Below, one piece after another: positions 1 to 8,678 of a DNA stretch of 64,000 bases (its first letter is position 1; each line of letters opens with the position of its first letter). The stretch is from an uncultured Gammaproteobacteria bacterium. Lineage in GTDB: Bacteria; Patescibacteriota; Microgenomatia; Woykebacterales; RBG-16-39-9b. The notes beneath the pieces are model-generated. The model was given only the letters and a program-made list of their open reading frames with translations. It had not been told where the DNA came from and searched no databases. The stretch lies in assembly GCA_964360785.1 (NCBI GenBank), contig CAYHXX010000004.1:5568-69567 (forward strand), given 5' to 3'. The position numbers and the translations under genes were made by a program.

Positions 1-3
1 CAC

Positions 4-468
4 GTGCTATTTGTCGCAATAATTGTGACAATTACCTTATTCTGCTTTTTCGCCTTTAGTTTCTGGGCGGTTTATATTTTTTCGAAGAGTACAAGTATAG
101 TTTTTTTAATTATCCCAATTATCCTTTTACTATTGTTCTTAGCTGCTTTACCGGAACTTTTCAAAAGTTTCGGCTCAGCTCCAGAAAATGCCGAGATCTA
201 TATCACTGACAAAGGAGTATATCGTCGGCGGTCTCAAAAAGAGGAATATCAGTTTATCTCTTGGGCTCAAATGAGTAGCTACGATATGTGCTATCTTGCC
301 TCGACTAGCCCGCTGGGAAAACTTTTTCCCCGATCAACGCAATTTATTCTCAAATCAAAATATGAAGAAGACAACTTTGTCGTTGATGCTTTTGGGGAAG
401 ATGTTGATATTCTCCGAACCCATCTCAAAGAAAACAACGTTCCGTTTGGGTTTATGAAAACCTCCTAA
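4..468 (+). CDS. hypothetical membrane protein (two N-terminal TM helices plus soluble domain); may begin upstream of window
   Basis: 154-aa ORF with two hydrophobic segments followed by an 'ITDKGV...FISW' beta-rich region. Confidence 0.7.
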   Translation: MLFVAIIVTITLFCFFAFSFWAVYIFSKSTSIVFLIIPIILLLLFLAALPELFKSFGSAPENAEIYITDKGVYRRRSQKEEYQFISWAQMSSYDMCYLASTSPLGKLFPRSTQFILKSKYEEDNFVVDAFGEDVDILRTHLKENNVPFGFMKTS

Positions 469-482
469 ACTATCCTATAGAC

Positions 483-511
483 TTGACAACTTAATTCTAA
501 CCTGTTAAAAT
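483..511 (+). promoter_or_regulatory. sigma70-type promoter
   Basis: TTGACA(483-488)-17 nt-TAAAAT(506-511) with extended -10 TG. Confidence 0.75.
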
Positions 512-702
512 TCTGCCGCTTCACTCAACAAAGTGTAGCTAGGTGTTCCAAAATTCCTAAACCTACTGTCCCTCAGGTTGCGGATGATGGAGTGCTGAAA
601 CAGCTTTGGTGATTGGCCGTTTATTTGATTTGGCCAAAATGCCAGAAAAGGTCAGACCCCGCTCTCCAACGTGAGGAGAGGGTAGACCACAGGAGGGACA
701 TC

Positions 703-831
703 ATGGTTACGGTACTGCTGTACCTTGCCATTGTCACCGGAGACCTGGGTTACGTGGAGGATGCTGTGCGACACGCTGTGTCGTGCGACGCTTGCCTTCC
801 GGAGCTCATGGTTTTCATCTTCGGCTTCTAA
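703..831 (+). CDS. small hydrophobic protein (42 aa, MVTVLLYLAIVTGDLG...CDAC...)
   Basis: ATG at 703 preceded by AGGAGGG; lies within ORF 613..831; has a CxxC. Confidence 0.45.
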   Translation: MVTVLLYLAIVTGDLGYVEDAVRHAVSCDACLPELMVFIFGF

Positions 832-1169
832 AGCCGGAGTGTGACACCGAGCCGCGGTAAAACAAGTTCTTCCTGCAAAACTCGTCTTGACGAGTAGCTA
901 TAGGAAGTGTCTTGGATCGGCTTGGGAACAGAAGGTGTAGGAAGTCGAGTCCGAAAGGGCGCTAGGCTTCTCAAACCAATCACCCGGAGGAACGCCAACC
1001 TCCGAAATGTCCAGATGTCCGCAAGGCAACCTGGGCAAAAAACTAAACGTGCGGTTTGGGCTCTGCTTGACGATGCGTATGCAAAGTCAGCCCACCCAAC
1101 CAAAGAAGGCCAAATCAATTGGCCTGCTTTGGAGGAGTAACGACCTTGAAAGAGGTCGTTTTTCTTTTT
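831..1169 (+). ncRNA. candidate structured RNA tail ending in an intrinsic terminator
   Basis: Consecutive hairpins (aagccg/cggctt, actcgtc/gacgagt, GAAA and GCAA tetraloop stems, cggagg/cctccg, ccaaag/ctttgg), then aacgacc..ggtcgtt+T tract. Confidence 0.4.
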
Positions 1170-1213
1170 CTAACTCTTGACGGATATCTACGATTCCCTA
1201 TAATTTTTGAGAG

Positions 1214-2299
1214 ATGAATAAAGATCTGCCTTTTTACGTTGCTTTGTCACAGGCGCCTGGTATTGGTCAAAAACGATTTAAAGTTTTAACTGAAAATTTT
1301 AAGTCAGCTCGCGAAGTTTGGAATTCTCCTGACAAATTATTAAGACAAATTCTTGACCCAGCAGTTTTCGAGAAGTTCAGCAAATTTCGTCAAAGTGTTG
1401 ATCCGGAAAAACTTCTCTCCGAGATTTTAAAAAAAGATATTAAAATTGTTGCCTTTTTTGAAAAAGATTATCCGGAGAAATTAAAAGAGATTTTTGACCC
1501 ACCTCCTGTTCTTTATATTAAAGGTGAATTAAAACCAGAGGATAATCTGGCATTGGCGGTGGTTGGTACGCGAAGAATTACTAACTATGGTCGGGAAGTG
1601 ACAGAAAGTTTAGTTCGCCAGCTTGCTAGTTCTGGTTTGACAATTGTTTCTGGTTTGGCTCGCGGGGTTGATTCGCTGGCACATAAAACTGCCGTTGAGA
1701 ACAATTGTCGAACAATTGCAGTTTTAGGTTGTGGTGTTGACATTGTGTATCCAGCGCAGAATGTTCTGCTCGCAAAAGAAATTATTAAAAACGGTGCGCT
1801 GGTTAGCGAATATCCTCCGGGAACAGAGCCTATCCCAGGACATTTTCCCGCCCGCAATCGAATAATTTCTGGTTTGGCACTTGGAACTTTGGTTACTGAA
1901 GCTGATGAAAAATCCGGCTCTTTGATAACTGCTAGTTTGGCATTGGAGCAAAATCGTGAAGTTTTTGCTGTTCCCGGACCAATCTATTCACGACTCTCTA
2001 AAGGACCAGCGGGGTTAATTAAACAGGGCGCAAAGTTAGTCACTTCAGCTGAGGACATATTGGAGGAGCTGAATGTCAGTGATCAGAAAGCAGGTAGCAG
2101 AAAACAGGTAAAACCGACAGGGGAAAACAAAGACGAGAAGTTAATAATAAACCTCCTGGAAAATGAAAGTAAACATATCGACCAACTTTCGCGCGAAAGC
2201 AGTATTGCAACTGAAAAACTCAACGGCCTTTTGGTAACAATGGAACTTTCTGGAAAAGTAACAAACCTCGGCGGCGGCAATTATTCCCTTACTCATTAG
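1214..2299 (+). CDS. dprA: DNA-processing protein DprA
   Basis: YPxxLxEIFDPPPVLY, AVVGTR, VSGLARGVD, FPARNRIISGL, EAxxKSGSLITA motifs; C-terminal wHTH. Confidence 0.97.
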   Translation: MNKDLPFYVALSQAPGIGQKRFKVLTENFKSAREVWNSPDKLLRQILDPAVFEKFSKFRQSVDPEKLLSEILKKDIKIVAFFEKDYPEKLKEIFDPPPVLYIKGELKPEDNLALAVVGTRRITNYGREVTESLVRQLASSGLTIVSGLARGVDSLAHKTAVENNCRTIAVLGCGVDIVYPAQNVLLAKEIIKNGALVSEYPPGTEPIPGHFPARNRIISGLALGTLVTEADEKSGSLITASLALEQNREVFAVPGPIYSRLSKGPAGLIKQGAKLVTSAEDILEELNVSDQKAGSRKQVKPTGENKDEKLIINLLENESKHIDQLSRESSIATEKLNGLLVTMELSGKVTNLGGGNYSLTH

Positions 2300-2353
2300 A
2301 AAAACCTCGATCTTTTTGGTATACTTCTGCACTGTTAAGTGAAGGAGGGAGCC

Positions 2354-2680
2354 ATGTGTTACCAGATCCGTTACGGACAGAGATCCAGAGGTATCTTGAC
2401 GACGAGTGGTTTCGACATATACTCAGCCGACGGGTACCGTCTGTTTGAGATTTTCTGGACACGTCCGGACTTTTCCCGATATCTTGTTATTCGACTAGTG
2501 AGTAGATGGGCACGACAGCATCTGATGACACCCAGACCACTTGAGAGTGACAAAGGACTTTGCTTGGAGATGTACCCGGGCACTATTGATATTGATCAGG
2601 TGCTTAGGGACATAGCCAAACTACTCGATACGGTCTCGGAGCTCATGCGGGTTACCAAGGGAAGGATAGTGTTGTCGTGA
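2354..2680 (+). CDS. hypothetical protein (accessory cassette)
   Basis: AAGGAGGG RBS before ATG 2354; coupled to next ORF by GTGA overlap. Confidence 0.65.
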   Translation: MCYQIRYGQRSRGILTTSGFDIYSADGYRLFEIFWTRPDFSRYLVIRLVSRWARQHLMTPRPLESDKGLCLEMYPGTIDIDQVLRDIAKLLDTVSELMRVTKGRIVLS

Positions 2681-2898
2681 TCTCCGCAAGTGCCCGCGAG
2701 AGACTCAAGAAGGAAGTAGCAGATATACTCAGAAAGTATTCGCACGCAGACATCCATCTACTTATCGAGTCTGTAGATGAGGCGTTGGCAGAGGAGTGTG
2801 GTCCTAAGTTGGATCAGGAAATATTTGCAATACTGGAAGAGCTCGTACTTGAAGAGCGGATCGAGCTTGCCAAAAGTAAAATAATATGGAGAGAGTAG
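2677..2898 (+). CDS. small hypothetical protein, possible winged-helix fold
   Basis: GTGA overlap with upstream stop; followed by a terminator. Confidence 0.6.
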   Translation: MISASARERLKKEVADILRKYSHADIHLLIESVDEALAEECGPKLDQEIFAILEELVLEERIELAKSKIIWRE

Positions 2899-2902
2899 CA
2901 GC

Positions 2903-2942
2903 GAAGCACCAATCGAGATTCGAAAGGTGCTTTCTCTTTTTT
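2903..2942 (+). terminator. intrinsic terminator
   Basis: gaagcacc...ggtgcttt stem followed by ctctttttt. Confidence 0.6.
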
Positions 2943-2997
2943 GGAGTAATCGCAACTTTTTACAAGCTCTAAAAAAGATATGGTATATTAAGAAAGT

Positions 2998-4971
2998 ATG
3001 TCGAAACCTTTAATCATTGTGGAATCACCCACCAAAGCACGCACCTTAGCGCGTTTTTTGGGGGATGGTTTTCATATCGAAGCTTCGATGGGACACGTCC
3101 GAGATCTCCCCAAAGCCAAGCTTGGTGTTGATGTGGACAAAGACTTTGAACCACAATATGTTATTCCCAAAGATAAGCGCAAGACAGTCGAAAAGCTCAA
3201 GGAAATTAGCAAGACTGCCAAGGAAGTGATTCTCGCCACCGACCCTGACCGTGAAGGTGAGGCGATTGCTTGGCATATTAGTTTTTTAACAACTTCGAAC
3301 AAGGCTGATGCCGCAAAGCTCAAAAGAATTGTCTTTCATGAAATTACCAAGGAGGCGATAGAGGAGGCACTGGAAAAGCCAAGAACGTTAGATATCCAGC
3401 TTGTCGATGCCCAACAAGCCCGAAGAATCTTGGATAGATTGGTTGGTTACAAACTTTCTCCGCTACTTTGGTTTAAGGTAAAAAAGGGTCTATCAGCTGG
3501 TCGGGTGCAGTCAATTGCCGTACGTTTGATTGTTGAGCGTGAACGTGAGATCGAAGCCTTCAACCCAGATGAATACTGGTCTATCGATACTCTTCTGTCC
3601 AAAGCAAAGGACAAATTCAGTGCTTCTTTAGTTGAAAAGGAAGATAAGAAGATCGATCTCAAGAATGAAAAGGATAGCAAACCAATAGTTACTGACTTGG
3701 AAAAAGCCAATTATTCAATCAAGAATGTTAACCAACGCGAGTCCAAGAAAAGTCCTTACCCACCATTTACAACTTCAACCTTGACTCAAGCAGCAGCCAA
3801 TCGGTTCGGTTACACAGCCAAAAAAACAATGAAATTGGCACAAGATTTGTATGAGGAGGGGTTTATTACTTATCATCGTACGGATTCGGTCAATCTTTCC
3901 CAGTCGATTTTAACTGCCGCCAAGAAGTATATTGAAACAAGTCTTGGCAAAGAATATTTACCACTTGGGGGATCGCGTGTTTACAAAACCAAATCCAAAG
4001 TTGCCCAAGAAGCTCACGAAGCGATCCGCCCAACAAAACTAGAAGTCGATAAAGACAAAGTAGACCAGAGTGCCGACCACAAAAAACTCTACAAACTCAT
4101 CTGGGATCGGTTTATTGCCTCGCAACTCTCTGATGCGATTTACGATCACGTAACTTTGGATATCTCTGCTGACAAATATATGTTGCGGGCAAGTGGCTCG
4201 ATCATCAAGTTTGCTGGTTGGCTCAAAGTTTATGGTCGTGAGGAAGGTGATCAGATCGAGGAAAAGAAAGTCCCGCTTTTGCAGGTTGGGGACGATCTGA
4301 AACTGGAGGAGCTCTTGCCGGAGCAGCATTTTACCCAACCACCACCGCGTTATACAGAAGCGTCGTTGGTCAAGGCAATGGAGGAAAAAGGAATTGGCCG
4401 CCCATCGACCTATGCGCCGATTATTTCAACCATTCTGGACCGCAACTATGTAGAGCGAGAAGAACGAAAGTTCAAACCAACACCACTGGGTGTGGCAACC
4501 AACGACTTTCTCGTTAAAGGTTTCCCAAAACTGATCGATGCCGCTTTTACTGCCAAGATGGAGGGCTCTCTCGATAGTATCGCCAACGGTGAGGTGAAGT
4601 GGGTGCCGGTTATAAGAGAGTTTTTTGTCCCATTCCAGAAAGATCTTGATGAAGCCTACAAAAATGATCGGGTAAAAGTCGAAGCCGAACTTACTGATGA
4701 GCTTTGCCCAGAAGGCCATCGGCTTGTGATTCGTTATGGTAAGTTTGGAAAGTTCCTTGCCTGTGAAAAATTCCCAGATCACAAATTTACCAAGAATTTT
4801 GAAGAAAAGGTCGAAGCAGTTTGCCCAGATAGCGGTGATCCCGTCGTCGTTCGCCGGACGAGAAAAGGAAGACCGTTTTTCGGATGTAGTGCTTATCCAA
4901 AATGTAAGTGGATGAGTTGGAAAAATCCCGCTCTTGAGAACCAACCCTCAGCCCCAATTGCCGAAGCCTAG
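2998..4971 (+). CDS. topA: DNA topoisomerase I
   Basis: IVESPTKA, ATDPDREGEAI, SAGRVQS, ITYHRTDS (catalytic Tyr), GIGRPSTYA; two C-terminal Zn-ribbon repeats. Confidence 0.98.
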   Translation: MSKPLIIVESPTKARTLARFLGDGFHIEASMGHVRDLPKAKLGVDVDKDFEPQYVIPKDKRKTVEKLKEISKTAKEVILATDPDREGEAIAWHISFLTTSNKADAAKLKRIVFHEITKEAIEEALEKPRTLDIQLVDAQQARRILDRLVGYKLSPLLWFKVKKGLSAGRVQSIAVRLIVEREREIEAFNPDEYWSIDTLLSKAKDKFSASLVEKEDKKIDLKNEKDSKPIVTDLEKANYSIKNVNQRESKKSPYPPFTTSTLTQAAANRFGYTAKKTMKLAQDLYEEGFITYHRTDSVNLSQSILTAAKKYIETSLGKEYLPLGGSRVYKTKSKVAQEAHEAIRPTKLEVDKDKVDQSADHKKLYKLIWDRFIASQLSDAIYDHVTLDISADKYMLRASGSIIKFAGWLKVYGREEGDQIEEKKVPLLQVGDDLKLEELLPEQHFTQPPPRYTEASLVKAMEEKGIGRPSTYAPIISTILDRNYVEREERKFKPTPLGVATNDFLVKGFPKLIDAAFTAKMEGSLDSIANGEVKWVPVIREFFVPFQKDLDEAYKNDRVKVEAELTDELCPEGHRLVIRYGKFGKFLACEKFPDHKFTKNFEEKVEAVCPDSGDPVVVRRTRKGRPFFGCSAYPKCKWMSWKNPALENQPSAPIAEA

Positions 4972-5102
4972 ATTCCTAGATAAGTAGTTAATTGTATTTG
5001 ACAATTGTCTGCAATTGCGAAATGCGTCCTTGTTTCCAAAATAAGTTTAAGAAGCGCAACAATTTTAAGAAGTATGAATAAGGTACTAGTGTCCCATAGC
5101 AT

Positions 5103-5131
5103 TTGACTTTTGAACCTAAATATGCTATTAT
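5103..5131 (+). promoter_or_regulatory. sigma70-type promoter (module shared with 43223-43251)
   Basis: TTGACT-17 nt-TATTAT with TG extension. Confidence 0.7.
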
Positions 5132-5198
5132 ATACACATAAGCTAAAAACTTATCTCGGCAGAACAAGTGTTCTCTCGAGTAGCACACTGGAGGAGAA

Positions 5199-5501
5199 AT
5201 GTCGGGCACGATTTGGGGGCTCTACGGTCTCGGATTCTTCACCGGAATCTTCGTGGTGGTCTTCAACAAGGACCAGCACGGGTGGCTCTGGAAGTTCAGC
5301 TGCATCTTTCTGGTCGGGTGGATCCCAGAGCGGATCTACACCTGGGGGCGGGCATTGTTCGGGCGGAAGCATACCATGTCGATCATGGGCTTCCTAACCC
5401 TTACCTTCCTGCTCATCTTCTTCTTCCCGGTCAGCATCCTGGTCTACTGGATGGCTAACCGGGGGAGGAGAACGGCAACGACGGGACCAGGCACGCCGTA
5501 G
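5199..5501 (+). CDS. hypothetical membrane protein (accessory cassette)
   Basis: GGAGGAG RBS; three hydrophobic segments. Confidence 0.7.
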   Translation: MSGTIWGLYGLGFFTGIFVVVFNKDQHGWLWKFSCIFLVGWIPERIYTWGRALFGRKHTMSIMGFLTLTFLLIFFFPVSILVYWMANRGRRTATTGPGTP

Positions 5502-5579
5502 GCACAACTCCAGGTGCGGGGCGGTCGGAAGTAGTTTCATGCGCAAGCACGAAACCTACCCGACCACCCTAATCCTAAC

Positions 5580-5641
5580 TTTTAGTTTGCGAATTAGTTT
5601 CAATCCGCCAGCCGGCGGAGAAGCTAGCTCGGAAGCTAAAA
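5580..5641. repeat. palindromic element with TCCGCCAGCCGGCGGA core
   Basis: Imperfect ~60-bp inverted repeat; core recurs at 7529, 27466 and 50783. Confidence 0.6.
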
Positions 5642-5698
5642 CTTCTTTCCGATAGAACAAGTTCATCGGAATATCACGGGGGATAGAAAGGAAAGACA

Positions 5699-5881
5699 AT
5701 GAGGTATTTGTTTTGGGCCGTGGGTTACGGACTGATCATTGGGGTCGTAATGACCGTCATGTTCGTCCATGAGCACATGGGCTCTACTACCGAAGGTCTG
5801 GAATGGTTCGTCATGATGACAGTGAACGGATCGTTCTTCTTCGGCGTACCCTTTGCCCTGCTGACGGTTCGGGAGGGGTAG
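5699..5881 (+). CDS. small two-TM membrane protein
   Basis: AAGGAAAG RBS; two hydrophobic helices. Confidence 0.6.
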   Translation: MRYLFWAVGYGLIIGVVMTVMFVHEHMGSTTEGLEWFVMMTVNGSFFFGVPFALLTVREG

Positions 5882-6070
5882 CTGAATCATAGTTTCGGGC
5901 ACAAGAGTCACCTCTGCAACGGAATAATTGGTGGGTGCCTATTCCAAAGCGAGTAATCGCTGAGGAAGAAAGCACCCGCCCAACAACCAACTCTTCGACA
6001 GATAGGCACAATGGTGCTATACTTTATGGCTATCTGCGGGGGAGTTGAATGGAGTCAAGGAGAGAATCGC

Positions 6071-6562
6071 ATGGATTGCACATTTACACGGGTCATGTTT
6101 GGTCTTCTCGTCGTCATTCTGGTCGGGAACGCGATCACCCTGAAGAACGTTAGCCGCTCGGTGGCGCCGCGCACAGACGAGGAGAAGCGGGAAGCTATCG
6201 AGAGGACCGTGAGTAACCCGGCCGTGAATGGTGTCTATGATCCTGACGTCGTCGTGTACGCCACGACGCAGCTTCAAGGGATCTACGGGGACATGGTCAA
6301 CTATCCGGATCGACCGGTTCCGGTCGATGAAGTTCTACTCTACCTGACCTACCTCGCTGAGGGGTCGATGAGTAGACCAGACGCAATCGACTTCTGTAGC
6401 CGTGTACGTCCGCTCTGGAGTGCGTCGCACAGAATTGGCGATTTGCTTTTTGGAAAAGAGGCAACTCAGAATCAGCAAGACCTGTTCAGTAGAATTGACA
6501 ACGCCGTCGGTCAGAAAGACAAAGATGGTGCTTGTCAGTCTACACAGGAGGTGAGCACGTGA
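6071..6562 (+). CDS. hypothetical membrane-anchored/exported protein
   Basis: AAGGAG RBS before ATG 6071; N-terminal TM; distal Cys pair. Confidence 0.65.
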   Translation: MDCTFTRVMFGLLVVILVGNAITLKNVSRSVAPRTDEEKREAIERTVSNPAVNGVYDPDVVVYATTQLQGIYGDMVNYPDRPVPVDEVLLYLTYLAEGSMSRPDAIDFCSRVRPLWSASHRIGDLLFGKEATQNQQDLFSRIDNAVGQKDKDGACQSTQEVST

Positions 6563-6582
6563 ACAACGTTCCCACCGCAACA

Positions 6583-6633
6583 GGCACTTCGTGGATGAAT
6601 CCCCCCGGATCCACGAAGTGCCGTAAGTTTTTT
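6583..6633 (+). terminator. strong hairpin terminator between convergent genes
   Basis: 14-bp perfect stem ggcacttcgtggat/atccacgaagtgcc followed by a T tract. Confidence 0.65.
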
Positions 6634-6660
6634 CCAAATATTGAAATTAAAATCGAATAG

Positions 6661-7095
6661 TTAGTTGGAAGTATTGACGTTGACGTCGATATCGTTCTTG
6701 ATTGAGGTTTTACTTGAGCTGTTTGTTGTGGTTGAGCTAGAAGAGTTGTCACATTCAACCTTCACATTTATGTCCCCGCTACTTTTTTCATTCACATTCA
6801 CTTGATCTGCTGGAACGATTGTAACCACACCGTTGCGAGTCACTTTACAAGTTCCACTTGTGCTTTGGTTGGTTTGTTCTGACTTTACTTGATTGTTTAC
6901 CTCAACGTTTGTGGAGTTGTTACCATTTTCAACATTGACGTTACCAGTAGAGCTGTCTTCAACTTTTGTTCTTTCGACTGCTGGTTTGGTCACGGAGTCA
7001 TTTTTTATAAGATAATTGGAAAACACTGCGGTGAAGAAAATAGCAAGCAAAAACACCATACTTAGCGAAAATTTATGAGTCTTGAGAGTTTGCAT
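6661..7095 (-). CDS. Ser/Thr/Asn-rich membrane-anchored surface protein
   Basis: Likely start MQTLK at 7095; TM helix then low-complexity N/S/T/V region with two Cys. Confidence 0.7.
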   Translation of the reverse strand: MQTLKTHKFSLSMVFLLAIFFTAVFSNYLIKNDSVTKPAVERTKVEDSSTGNVNVENGNNSTNVEVNNQVKSEQTNQSTSGTCKVTRNGVVTIVPADQVNVNEKSSGDINVKVECDNSSSSTTTNSSSKTSIKNDIDVNVNTSN

Positions 7096-7224
7096 TTCAA
7101 GAGGATTATGCCACTCAATAATAATTAAGTAAACAAGTAAGCACTGCGTTGACTTTACTAAAGTTTGATTTGTCGCTATAATCTCGATCGGTGTACGGGA
7201 GGAGTAGACAAAGGAGGCCCCGCC

Positions 7225-7443
7225 ATGGTCAAAGCAAACCAAGAAAAAATCCGGAAGTTGCGGATTGCGGTCCGGTACTTGCTCGAAAAAGGACAAATTG
7301 ACCCGAATATCGGGGGTAGCAGAGGTGCTCAGGTAAAGTTGGCAGAGCACTTCAAGGTTAGCCGTCAGCGTGTGCATCAGATTGTTGTGGAGGAGAGACA
7401 AAAGAAAGCTACGACAAAATCTCCTATATCACAGGCTAGCTAA
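7225..7443 (+). CDS. small helix-turn-helix DNA-binding protein
   Basis: AAGGAGG RBS; 'QVKLAEHFKVSRQRVHQIV' HTH (sigma region 4-like); upstream TTGACT/TATAAT promoter. Confidence 0.75.
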   Translation: MVKANQEKIRKLRIAVRYLLEKGQIDPNIGGSRGAQVKLAEHFKVSRQRVHQIVVEERQKKATTKSPISQAS

Positions 7444-7564
7444 CCACTAGCCTTCTTCTTCTGACTACTTTTGACCCACTTTCAATTTTAAAATTCAGCT
7501 GCTATATTGTTAGGGCAAGGAGATCCCGTCCGCTGGTTGGCGGATCTAGGAGTCGTCCAAAGTT

Positions 7565-8197
7565 ATGATTCTTTCCGACCGTGACATCAAGAGAGCAATA
7601 AGCTCTGGCAAAATCTCTATAGATCCTAGCCCAAACTTTGAAAGCCAGCTTGGTAGCTGTTCAATTGATTTTCATCTTGGAAATACTTTCAAAATTTTCA
7701 ACCATTCCAAATACCCATACATCGATCCGCGCAGCCCTAATCTCACGAGTGAATTGATGAAGGATATTGTGGTTCCCGGAGATGAGCCGTTTATCATGCG
7801 GCCAGGAGAATTTTGTTTGGCGACAACAGTTGAGAACCTGAAACTCGCCGATGATCTTTTGGGAAGACTTGAGGGCCGCAGTTCTTTGGGAAGAATCGGA
7901 ATTATCGTCCACTCAACTGCTGCTCGTTTTGATCCAGGTTGGGATGGTACGCCAGTATTGGAGCTAGGAAATATTGGGGTTTTACCAGTAGCACTTTACC
8001 CAAAGATGAAGATTTGTAGTTTTACCTTCGAACAACTTTCAAGCCCATCAGAGAATCCTTATGCGAAACGAAAGAACGCAAAATATACAAACCAAAAGAG
8101 CCCAGTAGCTAGTCGGATCTCCGAAGAAATGAGTACAACTGAGGCTCGTTATGTGCGGCATGGAAAAAAGTCTGTGAGGGTCGATGGTCTTAAGTAA
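7565..8197 (+). CDS. dcd: dCTP deaminase
   Basis: MILSDRDI, SIDFHLG, EGRSSLGRIG, HSTA..FDPGW.G..VLEL, YxxQ motifs. Confidence 0.93.
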   Translation: MILSDRDIKRAISSGKISIDPSPNFESQLGSCSIDFHLGNTFKIFNHSKYPYIDPRSPNLTSELMKDIVVPGDEPFIMRPGEFCLATTVENLKLADDLLGRLEGRSSLGRIGIIVHSTAARFDPGWDGTPVLELGNIGVLPVALYPKMKICSFTFEQLSSPSENPYAKRKNAKYTNQKSPVASRISEEMSTTEARYVRHGKKSVRVDGLK

Positions 8198-8678
8198 CAC
8201 AACAATCAAGAAATTAATTCAAGAAAAGAAGATCAAGATAAATCCGTTTTCCAATGAATCTGTGGGGGCTGTTTCCATTGATCTTCATCTCGATGAAACC
8301 GCGCTCAATCCAGATACTCGTGTGGAAACAGATCTGAAAGATTTTCATCTCACACCAGATGAGTTTTATCTTGCCGCAACAGCGGAGTTTGTCGAACTTC
8401 CGAGCAATATTGTGGCCCGTGTTGTTCCAAGATCTTCGCTTGCCCGACTTGGAGTTTTGGCGACTTTTGATGCTGATATCTTGCCGCCAAATTATGCTGG
8501 AAAACCATTGTTGACTCTAAAAAATCTCTCGCGCAAACCAGTATTACTTAAACCCGGACTTGCGGTCGCGCAGATTATGTTTGAACAAGTTGATCAAGAG
8601 GTTGAAGGGTACAAAAGCCGTTACAACCATAAAAAGATCGAGGAAAGTAAACTTTGTGAGGAAATAGATGGCAAATAG
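8184..8678 (+). CDS. second dCTP deaminase/dUTPase-superfamily protein
   Basis: MVLSN, SIDLHL, PRSSLARLG, AQIMF motifs; lacks the DPG and LEL catalytic motifs. Confidence 0.85.
   Translation: MVLSNTTIKKLIQEKKIKINPFSNESVGAVSIDLHLDETALNPDTRVETDLKDFHLTPDEFYLAATAEFVELPSNIVARVVPRSSLARLGVLATFDADILPPNYAGKPLLTLKNLSRKPVLLKPGLAVAQIMFEQVDQEVEGYKSRYNHKKIEESKLCEEIDGK

Noticed and set aside
907-1140. 77-aa ORF
   Set aside because: Weak start context and coincides with dense hairpins, so treated as probably non-coding, though not excluded.
6661-7401. 246-aa ORF as called
   Set aside because: The 5' third is antisense to the SD-led HTH gene; the start was moved to 7095.
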